57,101 nucleotides of DNA from an uncultured Pirellula sp. Its GTDB lineage: Bacteria > Planctomycetota > Planctomycetia > Pirellulales > PNKZ01. Below are positions 1 to 8,143 of the stretch, piece by piece (position 1 is the stretch's first letter; each line of letters starts with the position of its first letter). The stretch covers positions 1 to 57,101 of the forward strand of contig CAZWDN010000003.1 of assembly GCA_964633125.1 (NCBI GenBank), given 5' to 3'. The notes beneath the pieces are model-generated. The model was not told where the DNA came from. It was given only the letters and a program-made list of their open reading frames with translations, and ran no database searches. A program made the translations under genes and the position numbers.

Positions 1-207
1 AAGAACTTCATGCCGCAATTGAAGCGGCTGAAAGACGCCGGCGTGGAGGTGTATATCGGCGGCGGCGAGGGGGGCGCGGCCATGGAGAAGTACGGCAGCA
101 GCGACTGGATCACCCATTGCTTCACGGCCGGCGGCACGGTGCTCAACGCGCTGGGAAGCGCCCCGGTGCCGTACTTGCAAGCGCTCTACATGGCGGCGAA
201 GAAGTAG
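1..207 (+). CDS. pgk: Phosphoglycerate kinase, C-terminal fragment (divergent; 5' end outside window)
   Basis: Frame is open from base 1. YIGGGEGGAA...ITHCFTAGGTVLNALG...VPYLQAL parallels the PGK C-terminal pattern GGGD..A...SHISTGGGA.LE.L.G..LP...AL. Confidence 0.6.
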   Translation, partial: KNFMPQLKRLKDAGVEVYIGGGEGGAAMEKYGSSDWITHCFTAGGTVLNALGSAPVPYLQALYMAAKK

Positions 208-287
208 CGGCCGACGATTGAAGGCAATTGCACGATTGGCGAGCGGCGGGGTTGATCCCCACCGCTCGCTAAGAAATCTGTGATGCC

Positions 288-599
288 CTACACCGTAAGG
301 CGGCCGCAGAGTTCGACGAGTTCGTCGAGGCGCCGCTTGATCTCGTCTTTCGCGCAAGCCGTCATACAGCCGTATTCCACGTACGCGGCGGCGGCGGAAA
401 GCTGCGGATAGCCGTAACTGCCGCCGGCCCCTTTCCATTGATGGGCCACGCGCCGCAATTCACTCCAATTTTCTTGCTCGAACGCCGCGGCCATCGCTCC
501 CAGGCGCTCGGGAACTTCGGACAAGAAGAGTTCGACCAACTCGACCATTTCCGGGTCGGCTGAGAGCGTGGAACCGATCGTAGCGGTTGCGTCGATCAT
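288..599 (-). CDS. Hpt (histidine phosphotransfer) domain protein
   Basis: LVELFLSEVPERL...LRRVAHQWKGAGGSYGYPQLS matches the Hpt H-x-x-KG motif. Start taken at ATG 599. Confidence 0.85.
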   Translation of the reverse strand: MIDATATIGSTLSADPEMVELVELFLSEVPERLGAMAAAFEQENWSELRRVAHQWKGAGGSYGYPQLSAAAAYVEYGCMTACAKDEIKRRLDELVELCGRLTV

Positions 600-832
600 A
601 GAATGTCCTTGATGAGCGTACCCAATACCTCGAAATGAACATGCTGATGTGCAAGGGTAGCTCACTACCCGTCGTTGGCGTAGTTTTTTTGCGGACTGAC
701 TCCTCGGAAATCCGCATCCCTAGACGTTTTACGTGCGGTAAACGTCAGATTCGTTTGCGTATCGAAAGCTGCGCCATAGCGTTGTGAGTAGCCCGAATTC
801 ACTTTAACGCTTCACGAACCCAGGCCTGTCTC

Positions 833-1303
833 ATGTCCGCATCAGGCGTTAACCGCAAGATTCTCCATATCGACGACGATCCGCAACTGACGCGCGTCGT
901 CGGGCATATGTTGCAGCGCAAGGGCTATGAAGTCGTGGCGCTCAATACGCCGGAAGCGGCGCTGGGCGAGATCATCCAGCACGGTTACCGGGTGATCTTA
1001 CTCGACATCGATATGCCGCGCATCGACGGCATCGAGTTGCTACGTCGGGTCAAAGAGTACGACGGCGCAATTCAAGTAATCATGCTCACGGGGTTGGTCA
1101 CCCTCTCGCACGCCATGGCGGCCTTTCGTTGCGGCGCCGAGGCCTGCTTCTTCAAGCCGGTGAACGACCTCTCCCCCCTGACGGCGGCCATCGACGCCTC
1201 GTTTCACAAAATCGAACATTGGTGGAAGGCGCTGCACGATCTGACGATGCAACGCCGCCACGCCGAGGCCTGCGCACACGGGGCTTGCGCCGTAAACGCC
1301 TAG
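833..1303 (+). CDS. Single-domain response regulator (receiver)
   Basis: ILHIDDD, LLDIDMP (phospho-Asp), MLTG and FKP motifs are all present. No DNA-binding output domain. Confidence 0.9.
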   Translation: MSASGVNRKILHIDDDPQLTRVVGHMLQRKGYEVVALNTPEAALGEIIQHGYRVILLDIDMPRIDGIELLRRVKEYDGAIQVIMLTGLVTLSHAMAAFRCGAEACFFKPVNDLSPLTAAIDASFHKIEHWWKALHDLTMQRRHAEACAHGACAVNA

Positions 1304-1709
1304 CGATTCCGATCGGCGCGGGCCGCGGCCGAGAAGTGCCTACGAAATCGCCGGCAAACTTGCGCGGTTGTATCGCCCGGGTAATTGAGGCTCCGTTTTT
1401 CGATGCGCGAAGTCGATTACTTTCTCCTAGTCGTCGGGCCGTGCGGATGCGGCGCATGTGAGCGATGATGTTTCTCGCGACATTCTCAAGCGTCGATGCA
1501 CCATCGACTTACGCATTGCCGGCAGCGCGCCGCCGCAAGACCCGATCTTCTGGCGGACACGGAACATTCGGCAGATCGCGAACTCTAAAAGCAAAGCCAA
1601 GCCGGCTTTGAAATCGCGCCGATAGATTGGCTTAGCTGCAGCCGAGAATTTCATCCAACCATCGGCTTGAGTTAGTGTTCGTTTCCCAATAGGAACAGGA
1701 GTCCTCCCC

Positions 1710-2093
1710 ATGAAGTCGTATTTGTTCTCTTTGGTCGCCGTCGCCACTTTCGTCTGTGGTTCGAGCGCCCAAGCCGGTTTGCTTGATCGCATGATGGGCG
1801 GCAATTGCTGCGCCCCCACGTGCTGTGAAGCGACCTGCGCCGCCGCCGAACCGACCTGCGCTTGTGCCGCTCCCGCTTGCGAACCGTCGTGCGCCGCCGA
1901 ACCCTCGTGCGGTTGCGCTCCGGCTTGCGACAACGGCTGCGGCAAGTGCTGCCGTCCGACGCCGGTCCGCGATTTCCTCGCGAACCTGCACTGCAAGATC
2001 CACAGCCTCTGCCATCGCAACAAGTGCTGCGATAGCGGTTGCTGCGAAGCGACCTGCGCCGCTGCCGAACCGGCTTGCGGTTGCGCTCACTAG
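1710..2093 (+). CDS. Secreted Cys-rich protein (127 aa, 25 Cys)
   Basis: AGGAG SD upstream, signal peptide ending SAQA, CCEATCAAAEP present twice, and its own terminator downstream. Confidence 0.8.
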   Translation: MKSYLFSLVAVATFVCGSSAQAGLLDRMMGGNCCAPTCCEATCAAAEPTCACAAPACEPSCAAEPSCGCAPACDNGCGKCCRPTPVRDFLANLHCKIHSLCHRNKCCDSGCCEATCAAAEPACGCAH

Positions 2094-2208
2094 TTCGAGT
2101 TTGAGTCCGAGTTTGATCTGCGTCTGAATCAGTTTCTCTAACGACCGAACCTTGCCCCGCGGAAGAGCTGCAGCACCCGCCCGCAACCATTCGGCGTAGA
2201 AAATACTG

Positions 2209-2254
2209 AGCGGCCCGTTCGAGACCTCCATCGAACGGGCCGCTTTTCTTTTTT
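2209..2254 (+). terminator. Intrinsic terminator
   Basis: Perfect 14-bp stem agcggcccgttcga/tcgaacgggccgct with an 8-nt loop, followed by tttcttttt. Confidence 0.85.
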
Positions 2255-2458
2255 GACCTCCCGCCAGGCCTTGCCGCGAAGCCGGCAAAAAAATTGCTTC
2301 GCCGCTGTTTCGTTTCGACCGATTCGCGGCGTCCGGAATCTCGAGCCGAGATCGCTTGACGCAACGCACGACAAGCGGCCATTCTAGAAGCGTCGCCGGA
2401 TCGTCGCCGGGCGGGGTTGCCGCCGCGCGATGTTCCGCCGTTTCAGGAGGCTCCCGCG

Positions 2459-4225
2459 ATGTCGGTCGTACGTCGTTACTTCGAAGTCTTCTGTTTGTCG
2501 ATGGTGCTCGCGGGAACGGGCGAAGCGATCGCCTATTCCGCGGAGCCGAGCGACGCGGCCTTTCGCGCGAGCTTGGCGGCCGGCGAGTTTTCGACGGCGC
2601 TCGCCGTCGCCGAAAAGCTTCCGGCAGCCGAACGCGACGCGGCTTTGCGCGATTTGGCGGCCGCGCAGAATCAGGTCGGCGCCGGCGGCGCGTCACTGGC
2701 CACCGTCGCCGCGATTCGCGACGATCGCCTGCGCCAAGACGTACTCGGACAAATGTTCGGCCAGACGTCCGGCACCGGCGGCGGCTTCGCCGGGGATGCG
2801 AACGGGGCGAATCACGGCAACGCGCTCGGAGGAGGCGTGCAGCCCGACTTCGATTCCTTGATCGAACTCATGGAGTCGACCATCGCGCCGGAAACTTGGC
2901 GCACCGCCGGCGGCACGCAAGGCGAGGTGAAATCACATGCCGGCGGCGTATTTGTCGACGCACAAGGCGCGATGCGGCCGATTGTGAACGGCGTCGAACT
3001 CGCCGGGCTGGCGGCGCTACGACGCGACGCGGCCCGCGGCGCGGAGTCCTCGAACGTCCGTCGGCCGTCGCAACTCCGCAAAGTTTCCCTGACGCGGCTG
3101 GAACGCGAGCTACAAATTCGTGCGGCGCGGGGATTGCCGATCGAGGAAGAACTGCAAGCGCTCGCCGGGCTGCAGAAAATCCAATACGTTTTCGTCTACC
3201 CGCAGTCGGGCGACGTGGTGCTCGCCGGCCCCGCGGGCGATTGGTATCTCGGCCGCGAGAACCGCCGCTTGTCCGTGGAAAATGATCGCCCCGTCGTGCT
3301 GCTCGACGATTTGATTACGCTGCTGCGCCGCGAGTTCGCCGCCGGCGGCGAATTCGGCTGCTCGATCGACCCGACCGCCGAGGGTATCCGGCGGCTGACG
3401 GCGTTCGTGACGGAGTCGAACAAGAAGCCGCTCGCGCCCGGCGGCCGCGGCAAATGGACCGACGAACTCGGCAAGCGGCTCGGCACGCAAAACGTCTCGA
3501 TCACGCGCATTGATCCGACTTCGCACGCGGCGCAGGTGCTCGTCGAAGCGGACTACCGCATGAAGCTCCTCGGCATCGGCAAGGAAGAGAGCATCGTGCA
3601 GGTGCCGAGCTATTTGCAGATTGTGGCCGACTCGAAGCCGAAGCAGCCGCCGGCCTTGGACCTGGTGCGCTGGTGGTTCACGATGAATTACGACGCGCTG
3701 TTGACCTCGGCCGAACACGACGTCTACGAGCTGCGAGGTACCGGCGTAAAGCTCTTGGGCGAAAACGAATTCCTCGCGGCCCGAGGAGAGCGCGTCGGCA
3801 CAGGCCAAGCGAACACCGCGAACCAGCTCTTCGCCGCCAACTTCACGACGCACTTCGCCGCGCTGGCCCGGAAGTATCCGATCTACGCGGAGCTGCAAAA
3901 CATCTTCGATTTGGCGCTCGTGGCGGCCGTACTGAAGCACGACGGCGTCTGCGATCGGATCCAATGGCGACGCACCGGGTTGATGAGCCCGGCGGTCTAC
4001 CAAGCCGAGCAATCACCCGCGCCGCGGACCGTGGAAACGGTCGCGGCGAGCCGGGAGTTGTCGCGAACGCTGATCCTCGCCACGGCCAGCGGCGGCGTGA
4101 CCGTCGACGTCGCTTCGATCGCACGGCCGGAAGCCATGCAGATCGACGACCGCGGGCAACTCACGAAAGTGCGACAAAGCCAACGCCCGACGAACGTGCC
4201 CGCACGCGGCTGGTGGTGGGACTAA
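2459..4225 (+). CDS. DUF1598 domain secreted protein (planctomycete-type)
   Basis: AGGAGG SD then ATG 2459 and a signal peptide. Motifs LDDLITLLR, FGCSIDP, EADYRMK, RWWF and YAELQNIFDLALVAA; ends WWD. Confidence 0.7.
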   Translation: MSVVRRYFEVFCLSMVLAGTGEAIAYSAEPSDAAFRASLAAGEFSTALAVAEKLPAAERDAALRDLAAAQNQVGAGGASLATVAAIRDDRLRQDVLGQMFGQTSGTGGGFAGDANGANHGNALGGGVQPDFDSLIELMESTIAPETWRTAGGTQGEVKSHAGGVFVDAQGAMRPIVNGVELAGLAALRRDAARGAESSNVRRPSQLRKVSLTRLERELQIRAARGLPIEEELQALAGLQKIQYVFVYPQSGDVVLAGPAGDWYLGRENRRLSVENDRPVVLLDDLITLLRREFAAGGEFGCSIDPTAEGIRRLTAFVTESNKKPLAPGGRGKWTDELGKRLGTQNVSITRIDPTSHAAQVLVEADYRMKLLGIGKEESIVQVPSYLQIVADSKPKQPPALDLVRWWFTMNYDALLTSAEHDVYELRGTGVKLLGENEFLAARGERVGTGQANTANQLFAANFTTHFAALARKYPIYAELQNIFDLALVAAVLKHDGVCDRIQWRRTGLMSPAVYQAEQSPAPRTVETVAASRELSRTLILATASGGVTVDVASIARPEAMQIDDRGQLTKVRQSQRPTNVPARGWWWD

Positions 4226-4258
4226 AGCCGGGCGCGTCCTTGTCGAACAGGGCCGACC

Positions 4259-5212
4259 TTAGGTGAAGGCGGCCCGTATCTCGGCGAGGAACTTCGGACA
4301 GACTTCGCGCGGGTCTTCATCCTCTTCGTATTCCAATACGATGTAGCCGCGGTAGCCGGCCTCGCGCAGAATCTTCGCCAAACGCGGCATGTCGACCGGC
4401 TCTTTCTTAGCCGTCTTTCGATCGCCGCGTTGCATCACCACCTTGACTTGCGCGTTGATCGCATACGGAGCGATTTGCTCCAACTCGGCGTAGGGATCGT
4501 CGGAATGAAAGTTCCCCGAGTCGAAGTTGATGCCGAGCCAGGGACTTTTTACGTCCTTCACCAGCTTGAGCAAGCCTTGCGGCTCGGCGGTGAGGCCGCC
4601 GTGGTTCTCCAAGGCGAGAAACACGCCGTGCTTGCCGGCGTAGTCACAGCATTCTTCAATGGCCGCGACCGCCAATGCGTGAGCCTGGGCTTCCGTTTGC
4701 CCCTTGTGAACGCTGCCGGAGAAGATGCGTATCACCGGCGCGCCGAGAATTTCGGCGTAGTCGATCCAATTCTTCGTGTAAGCGATTTGCTTGTCACGGT
4801 CCGGACCTTTGTCGTAGGTGAATTCGTTGCCGACGGCGGTGCCCGTCACGTCGAGGCCGAGCTTGAAGCACAGGGCCTTGAGCGAACGCAGATACACGGG
4901 CGTCGGATTTTCCGGAAAATAGTACGACGTCAGCTCGGTGCCGTCGCAGCCGAACTTGGCGCAGTCGGCGACGAAGTCTTCGATGGTCAGCGTCGCTTGC
5001 GGAGCGCCTGCGGGCTTCTTGCCGCGCGAGCTAGGCAAGAAGTTGCGATAACTGTACGCCGCCAAGCTAAATTTAAACTTCGCTTGGCCGTTGCGCGCGA
5101 CGGGTTCGACGGCGTGCGCGGCCCGCGGGGTATCAAACATTCCGGCCAGCGAAAGCCCGGCGGCTGCGGCAGCGGCCGAGGTGAGAAACCCGCGTCGTTC
5201 GATCGAGGCCAT
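4259..5212 (-). CDS. Sugar phosphate isomerase/epimerase (xylose-isomerase-like TIM barrel) with Tat signal
   Basis: RRGFL Tat motif; LALENHGG, NFDSGNF and IVLEYE metal-binding motifs. Confidence 0.85.
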   Translation of the reverse strand: MASIERRGFLTSAAAAAAGLSLAGMFDTPRAAHAVEPVARNGQAKFKFSLAAYSYRNFLPSSRGKKPAGAPQATLTIEDFVADCAKFGCDGTELTSYYFPENPTPVYLRSLKALCFKLGLDVTGTAVGNEFTYDKGPDRDKQIAYTKNWIDYAEILGAPVIRIFSGSVHKGQTEAQAHALAVAAIEECCDYAGKHGVFLALENHGGLTAEPQGLLKLVKDVKSPWLGINFDSGNFHSDDPYAELEQIAPYAINAQVKVVMQRGDRKTAKKEPVDMPRLAKILREAGYRGYIVLEYEEDEDPREVCPKFLAEIRAAFT

Positions 5213-5317
5213 GGCTGCTGCTCCGAGAGTCTACAAGTCGGTGAATGCGCGCATCTGCGACGCCGGGCATTATCGCTCGATTCGCGGAGCCGCTCAAGCG
5301 TCGAAAACGGGATCGGC

Positions 5318-6283
5318 TTAGTGCGCGGCGGCTGCGGAAGCGTCAGCGGTTCGCCGACTTAGAATCGCTTGCCATTGCTCGGCCGAAACGAACGACAGGC
5401 CGCAGCAGAACATCGCGACGCAAAACGGCACGAGGCCCGTCAGCACGGCCGTGCCGATCCAGACCGGGATACTCCAAGCGACGAGCAGCGGCCGCGCGGC
5501 ACGGTTCCAAATCAGAACGGCGAACGCCAGATAAAAGAGAATCAGCGACGCTGTCCAAATGTTGATTACATAAGGAAACTGGTACAGCCACCGCAAGTCG
5601 ATGAGGCACGACTCTGGTCGGGCGATAAGCCACCAGACGGCGGTGCCGTTCCACCACACCGCGTTGTATTGCAACGTAGCGCAGAACATCAAGAAGTAAA
5701 TCAGCGACGTGTGGACCTGGATGAGCCGGGTGCTGACCGTCGCCGCATACGCCGGGCGGGCGACGAGCAACGAAGGGTTCGCCGCGCGACGGCGCCAGGC
5801 ATCAATCGAGAGACACGCGCCGCACGGCCCGAAGCAAAGGTAGAACAGCAGCAGCGCGACGACCGGCTCGCCGACGCTCGTGAGCATCGGCCCGCGATGG
5901 AAGTAGGCGAGAAACACGACCAGCGACAAAACCGACGTGATTCGCGTCCAAAGTCCGAGCGTGAAGGCTGCGAGAATCGCCAAGCCGGCGTAGTGCATGG
6001 CCTGCAGGCTGCCGGAATCGGGCGCAAAATCGAGATACGAGAATCGCGTCGACGTGGCCGACGGATAGAGCCGCTCCAGCATCGAAACGCTGACGATGCC
6101 GCTCGGTCCGAAATAGCGGAGCAGATCAAAGCTAAACGTGAGGATCATCCAAAACGCGACTGAGCCGGCGCCAATCCGGAGCATGGCCAAGGGAAGCGGC
6201 TGCGACGGGGTGAACCAGAACCGATTCCAACCGTCGCCAAAGTTGCGAGCCGTGGTGCCGAGGTACCGTGAAACAGCGCTCAT
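5318..6283 (-). CDS. HTTM-domain membrane protein (vitamin K-dependent carboxylase/SdpB-like)
   Basis: Multi-TM protein with LRI, LGLWTR, LSIDAW, RLIQVH..LIYF and WWNGTA motifs. Confidence 0.75.
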   Translation of the reverse strand: MSAVSRYLGTTARNFGDGWNRFWFTPSQPLPLAMLRIGAGSVAFWMILTFSFDLLRYFGPSGIVSVSMLERLYPSATSTRFSYLDFAPDSGSLQAMHYAGLAILAAFTLGLWTRITSVLSLVVFLAYFHRGPMLTSVGEPVVALLLFYLCFGPCGACLSIDAWRRRAANPSLLVARPAYAATVSTRLIQVHTSLIYFLMFCATLQYNAVWWNGTAVWWLIARPESCLIDLRWLYQFPYVINIWTASLILFYLAFAVLIWNRAARPLLVAWSIPVWIGTAVLTGLVPFCVAMFCCGLSFVSAEQWQAILSRRTADASAAAAH

Positions 6284-7044
6284 GGCGTCCCTCCGGCCGG
6301 AGCAGTTGCCCCGGGAACGGCGGGGGCGGCGACGCTCGGAGCCGCGGAGTTCGAGGCCTCGCCAACCCGCGTCACCACCACGGCCTTGTCTTTCGTCACG
6401 GAAGCCAGCACTTCGTAAACCGTCTGAAAGTTGCTCGGGTCATCCCGTTCGACCTTGAGCACGCCGGTTCGCTCCAGTTCCTCCGGCGTCATCATGTAAT
6501 TCGGAAGCAAGCGGCGGCGAAAGCGGAGCTTCACCGGCATTGTTTGGGCGAGTTCGATGCAGTTGTTTTCGACGATGAGTCGCCGAGCAATTCCCTCGGC
6601 CAGCACGCCGGCGGCGTCGTTCTGGTTTTCCCCCTCCATGCCCGTCACATGCATGAGCCGCTCCAACCGTCGAAATCGCTGGCCGTGCAGATCGTCGCGG
6701 TTCGGCAACACCACGAGTTTTGTCGATCCGTCGGGCTGTGGAATGTCGGCCTCGACGAAGAAATCCGTGTCGGTGAGCGGGTAGGTCGCTACCGGCGACG
6801 GGTCGTAGTAGGTGAAATGGAACATATAGGAAAGATCCATCCCCAAGAGCTGCAGATACGGCCGAAGCCCCGGCACCTTATTTCGCAGGTCCTGCTCTAA
6901 GCCGGAGGAGTCGGTTCGCGACTTGATGCCGATGAGCAAAAAGAAGAAGTGCAGAAAGATTAGGTAGGTAATCACACCTCGCACGCCGGACGACGGCATA
7001 CCGTCAGGCGTCGGGTCGGTTGCCGGGGGTTCGGCGGAAGGCAT
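6280..7044 (-). CDS. Hypothetical membrane-anchored protein, probable HTTM partner (SdpA/DUF5819-like)
   Basis: One N-terminal TM (YLIFLHFFFLLIGI). Its stop overlaps the HTTM start (ATGA). The family assignment comes mainly from context. Confidence 0.55.
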   Translation of the reverse strand: MPSAEPPATDPTPDGMPSSGVRGVITYLIFLHFFFLLIGIKSRTDSSGLEQDLRNKVPGLRPYLQLLGMDLSYMFHFTYYDPSPVATYPLTDTDFFVEADIPQPDGSTKLVVLPNRDDLHGQRFRRLERLMHVTGMEGENQNDAAGVLAEGIARRLIVENNCIELAQTMPVKLRFRRRLLPNYMMTPEELERTGVLKVERDDPSNFQTVYEVLASVTKDKAVVVTRVGEASNSAAPSVAAPAVPGATAPAGGTP

Positions 7045-7156
7045 GGAGAGCGCTACTCGCAATTGAGCGGTTCGAGGTCGTGACGGAACTATCTATCGTA
7101 ATCGCCGGCCGCGAACTGCCGAAGTTTTTCCGCCGCGGAAACAACGTGCAAAACAG

Positions 7157-7190
7157 AAAAAGCCGGGCCTCACGAGGAGACCCGGCTTTT
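7157..7190 (-). terminator. Intrinsic terminator
   Basis: Minus-strand RNA GCCGGGUCUC-CUCGU-GAGGCCCGGC-UUUUU, about 60 nt after the stop at 7253. Confidence 0.8.
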
Positions 7191-7252
7191 CGCGGGAATC
7201 AGGGGCGACCGGCGCTTCAGGGGTGCGCCGATCGCCGTCTTATCAGCAGGGA

Positions 7253-7720
7253 CTACTTAGCCGGAGCGGCAGCGGGAGCGGCCGGCTTCGGGGCCGGGGC
7301 AGCCGGAGCAGCCGGGGCGGCCGGAGCAGCGCCAGCGCAGCTCGGGGCAACCGGGGTGCAGCAAGCCGGTTCGCAGCAGGCCGGAGCACCGCAGCAAGCC
7401 TTTTCACCGCAGCAGCGTTCACGAAGACGAGCGAGCAGGCCCTTGCGGCCGCAGCACGGTTCGTTGCAGCAGGTCGGTTCCGGAGCGCCGCAGCAAGCCT
7501 TTTCGCCGCAGCAACGATCACGCAGACGGCTGAACAAGCCGCCACGGCAACCGCAATCCGAGCAATCCGAACCGCTGCAACCACCATCGCAACCACCGTC
7601 GCAACCGCTGCAACCATGGCAACCGTGACCGGCGACGGCCACATTCTTCTCACCGCCGACGAGGGCGATGCCGACGACCGCGAAGAAAATCGCGATACCA
7701 AAACAAAGAACACGATTCAT
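7253..7720 (-). CDS. Secreted Cys-rich protein with Pro/Ala tail (155 aa, 26 Cys)
   Basis: GGAGG SD before ATG 7720, hydrophobic N-terminus, GC/DGGC repeats, and a duplicated L..RLR.RCCGEKACCGAP unit. Confidence 0.8.
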   Translation of the reverse strand: MNRVLCFGIAIFFAVVGIALVGGEKNVAVAGHGCHGCSGCDGGCDGGCSGSDCSDCGCRGGLFSRLRDRCCGEKACCGAPEPTCCNEPCCGRKGLLARLRERCCGEKACCGAPACCEPACCTPVAPSCAGAAPAAPAAPAAPAPKPAAPAAAPAK

Positions 7721-7918
7721 TCTAAACTCCTCCAACAAAAAACTGGTACGTACCACGCAAATCAATTTGCCGTCTTCTTCCCGCATCCCGCTTTGCGACG
7801 GCAAAACATTCGGGAGCGTAAACGTCTAGCGTTGGTGCAATCGTTGCCGGCAACGAACCCTGATGTGAGCCTTTTCCGATTGCATATTCTGCACCTGAGT
7901 GCACAGGCTAGGATGGAT

Positions 7919-7946
7919 AAGTTAGCATTGAGGGTCGTGTTGTCAA
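7919..7946 (-). promoter_or_regulatory. Sigma70-type promoter
   Basis: Minus strand TTGACA-N16-TAACTT with an extended -10 TG (TGcTAACTT), pointing at the gene starting at 7720. Confidence 0.55.
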
Positions 7947-8056
7947 GAATCAAAAGGCCCGACTGGATGCAATGCGCTGAAAGCGTATTCTGGGGGCAAT
8001 AAGTGAAATTGTCCTACTAGCTTACCACGCCCCTCGTTCGGTGCGGCCCAATGCGC

Positions 8057-8095
8057 AAAAAAAAAGGCGATCCACGAGTACTCGTGGATCGCCTT
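8057..8095 (-). terminator. Intrinsic terminator of the lipoprotein gene
   Basis: Perfect 32-bp palindrome aaggcgatccacgagt|actcgtggatcgcctt ending in a 9-U tract on the minus strand. A second 9-bp hairpin lies at 8109-8133. Confidence 0.85.
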
Positions 8096-8143
8096 CTCGA
8101 ATGCGTCCTAAGCCCTTTAACAACAAGGGCTTATTATACAAAT

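Noticed and set aside
8064-8095. Perfect 32-bp palindrome as a mobile-element end or operator
   Set aside because: Fully explained as an intrinsic terminator: it has a 9-U tract on the strand of the upstream gene.
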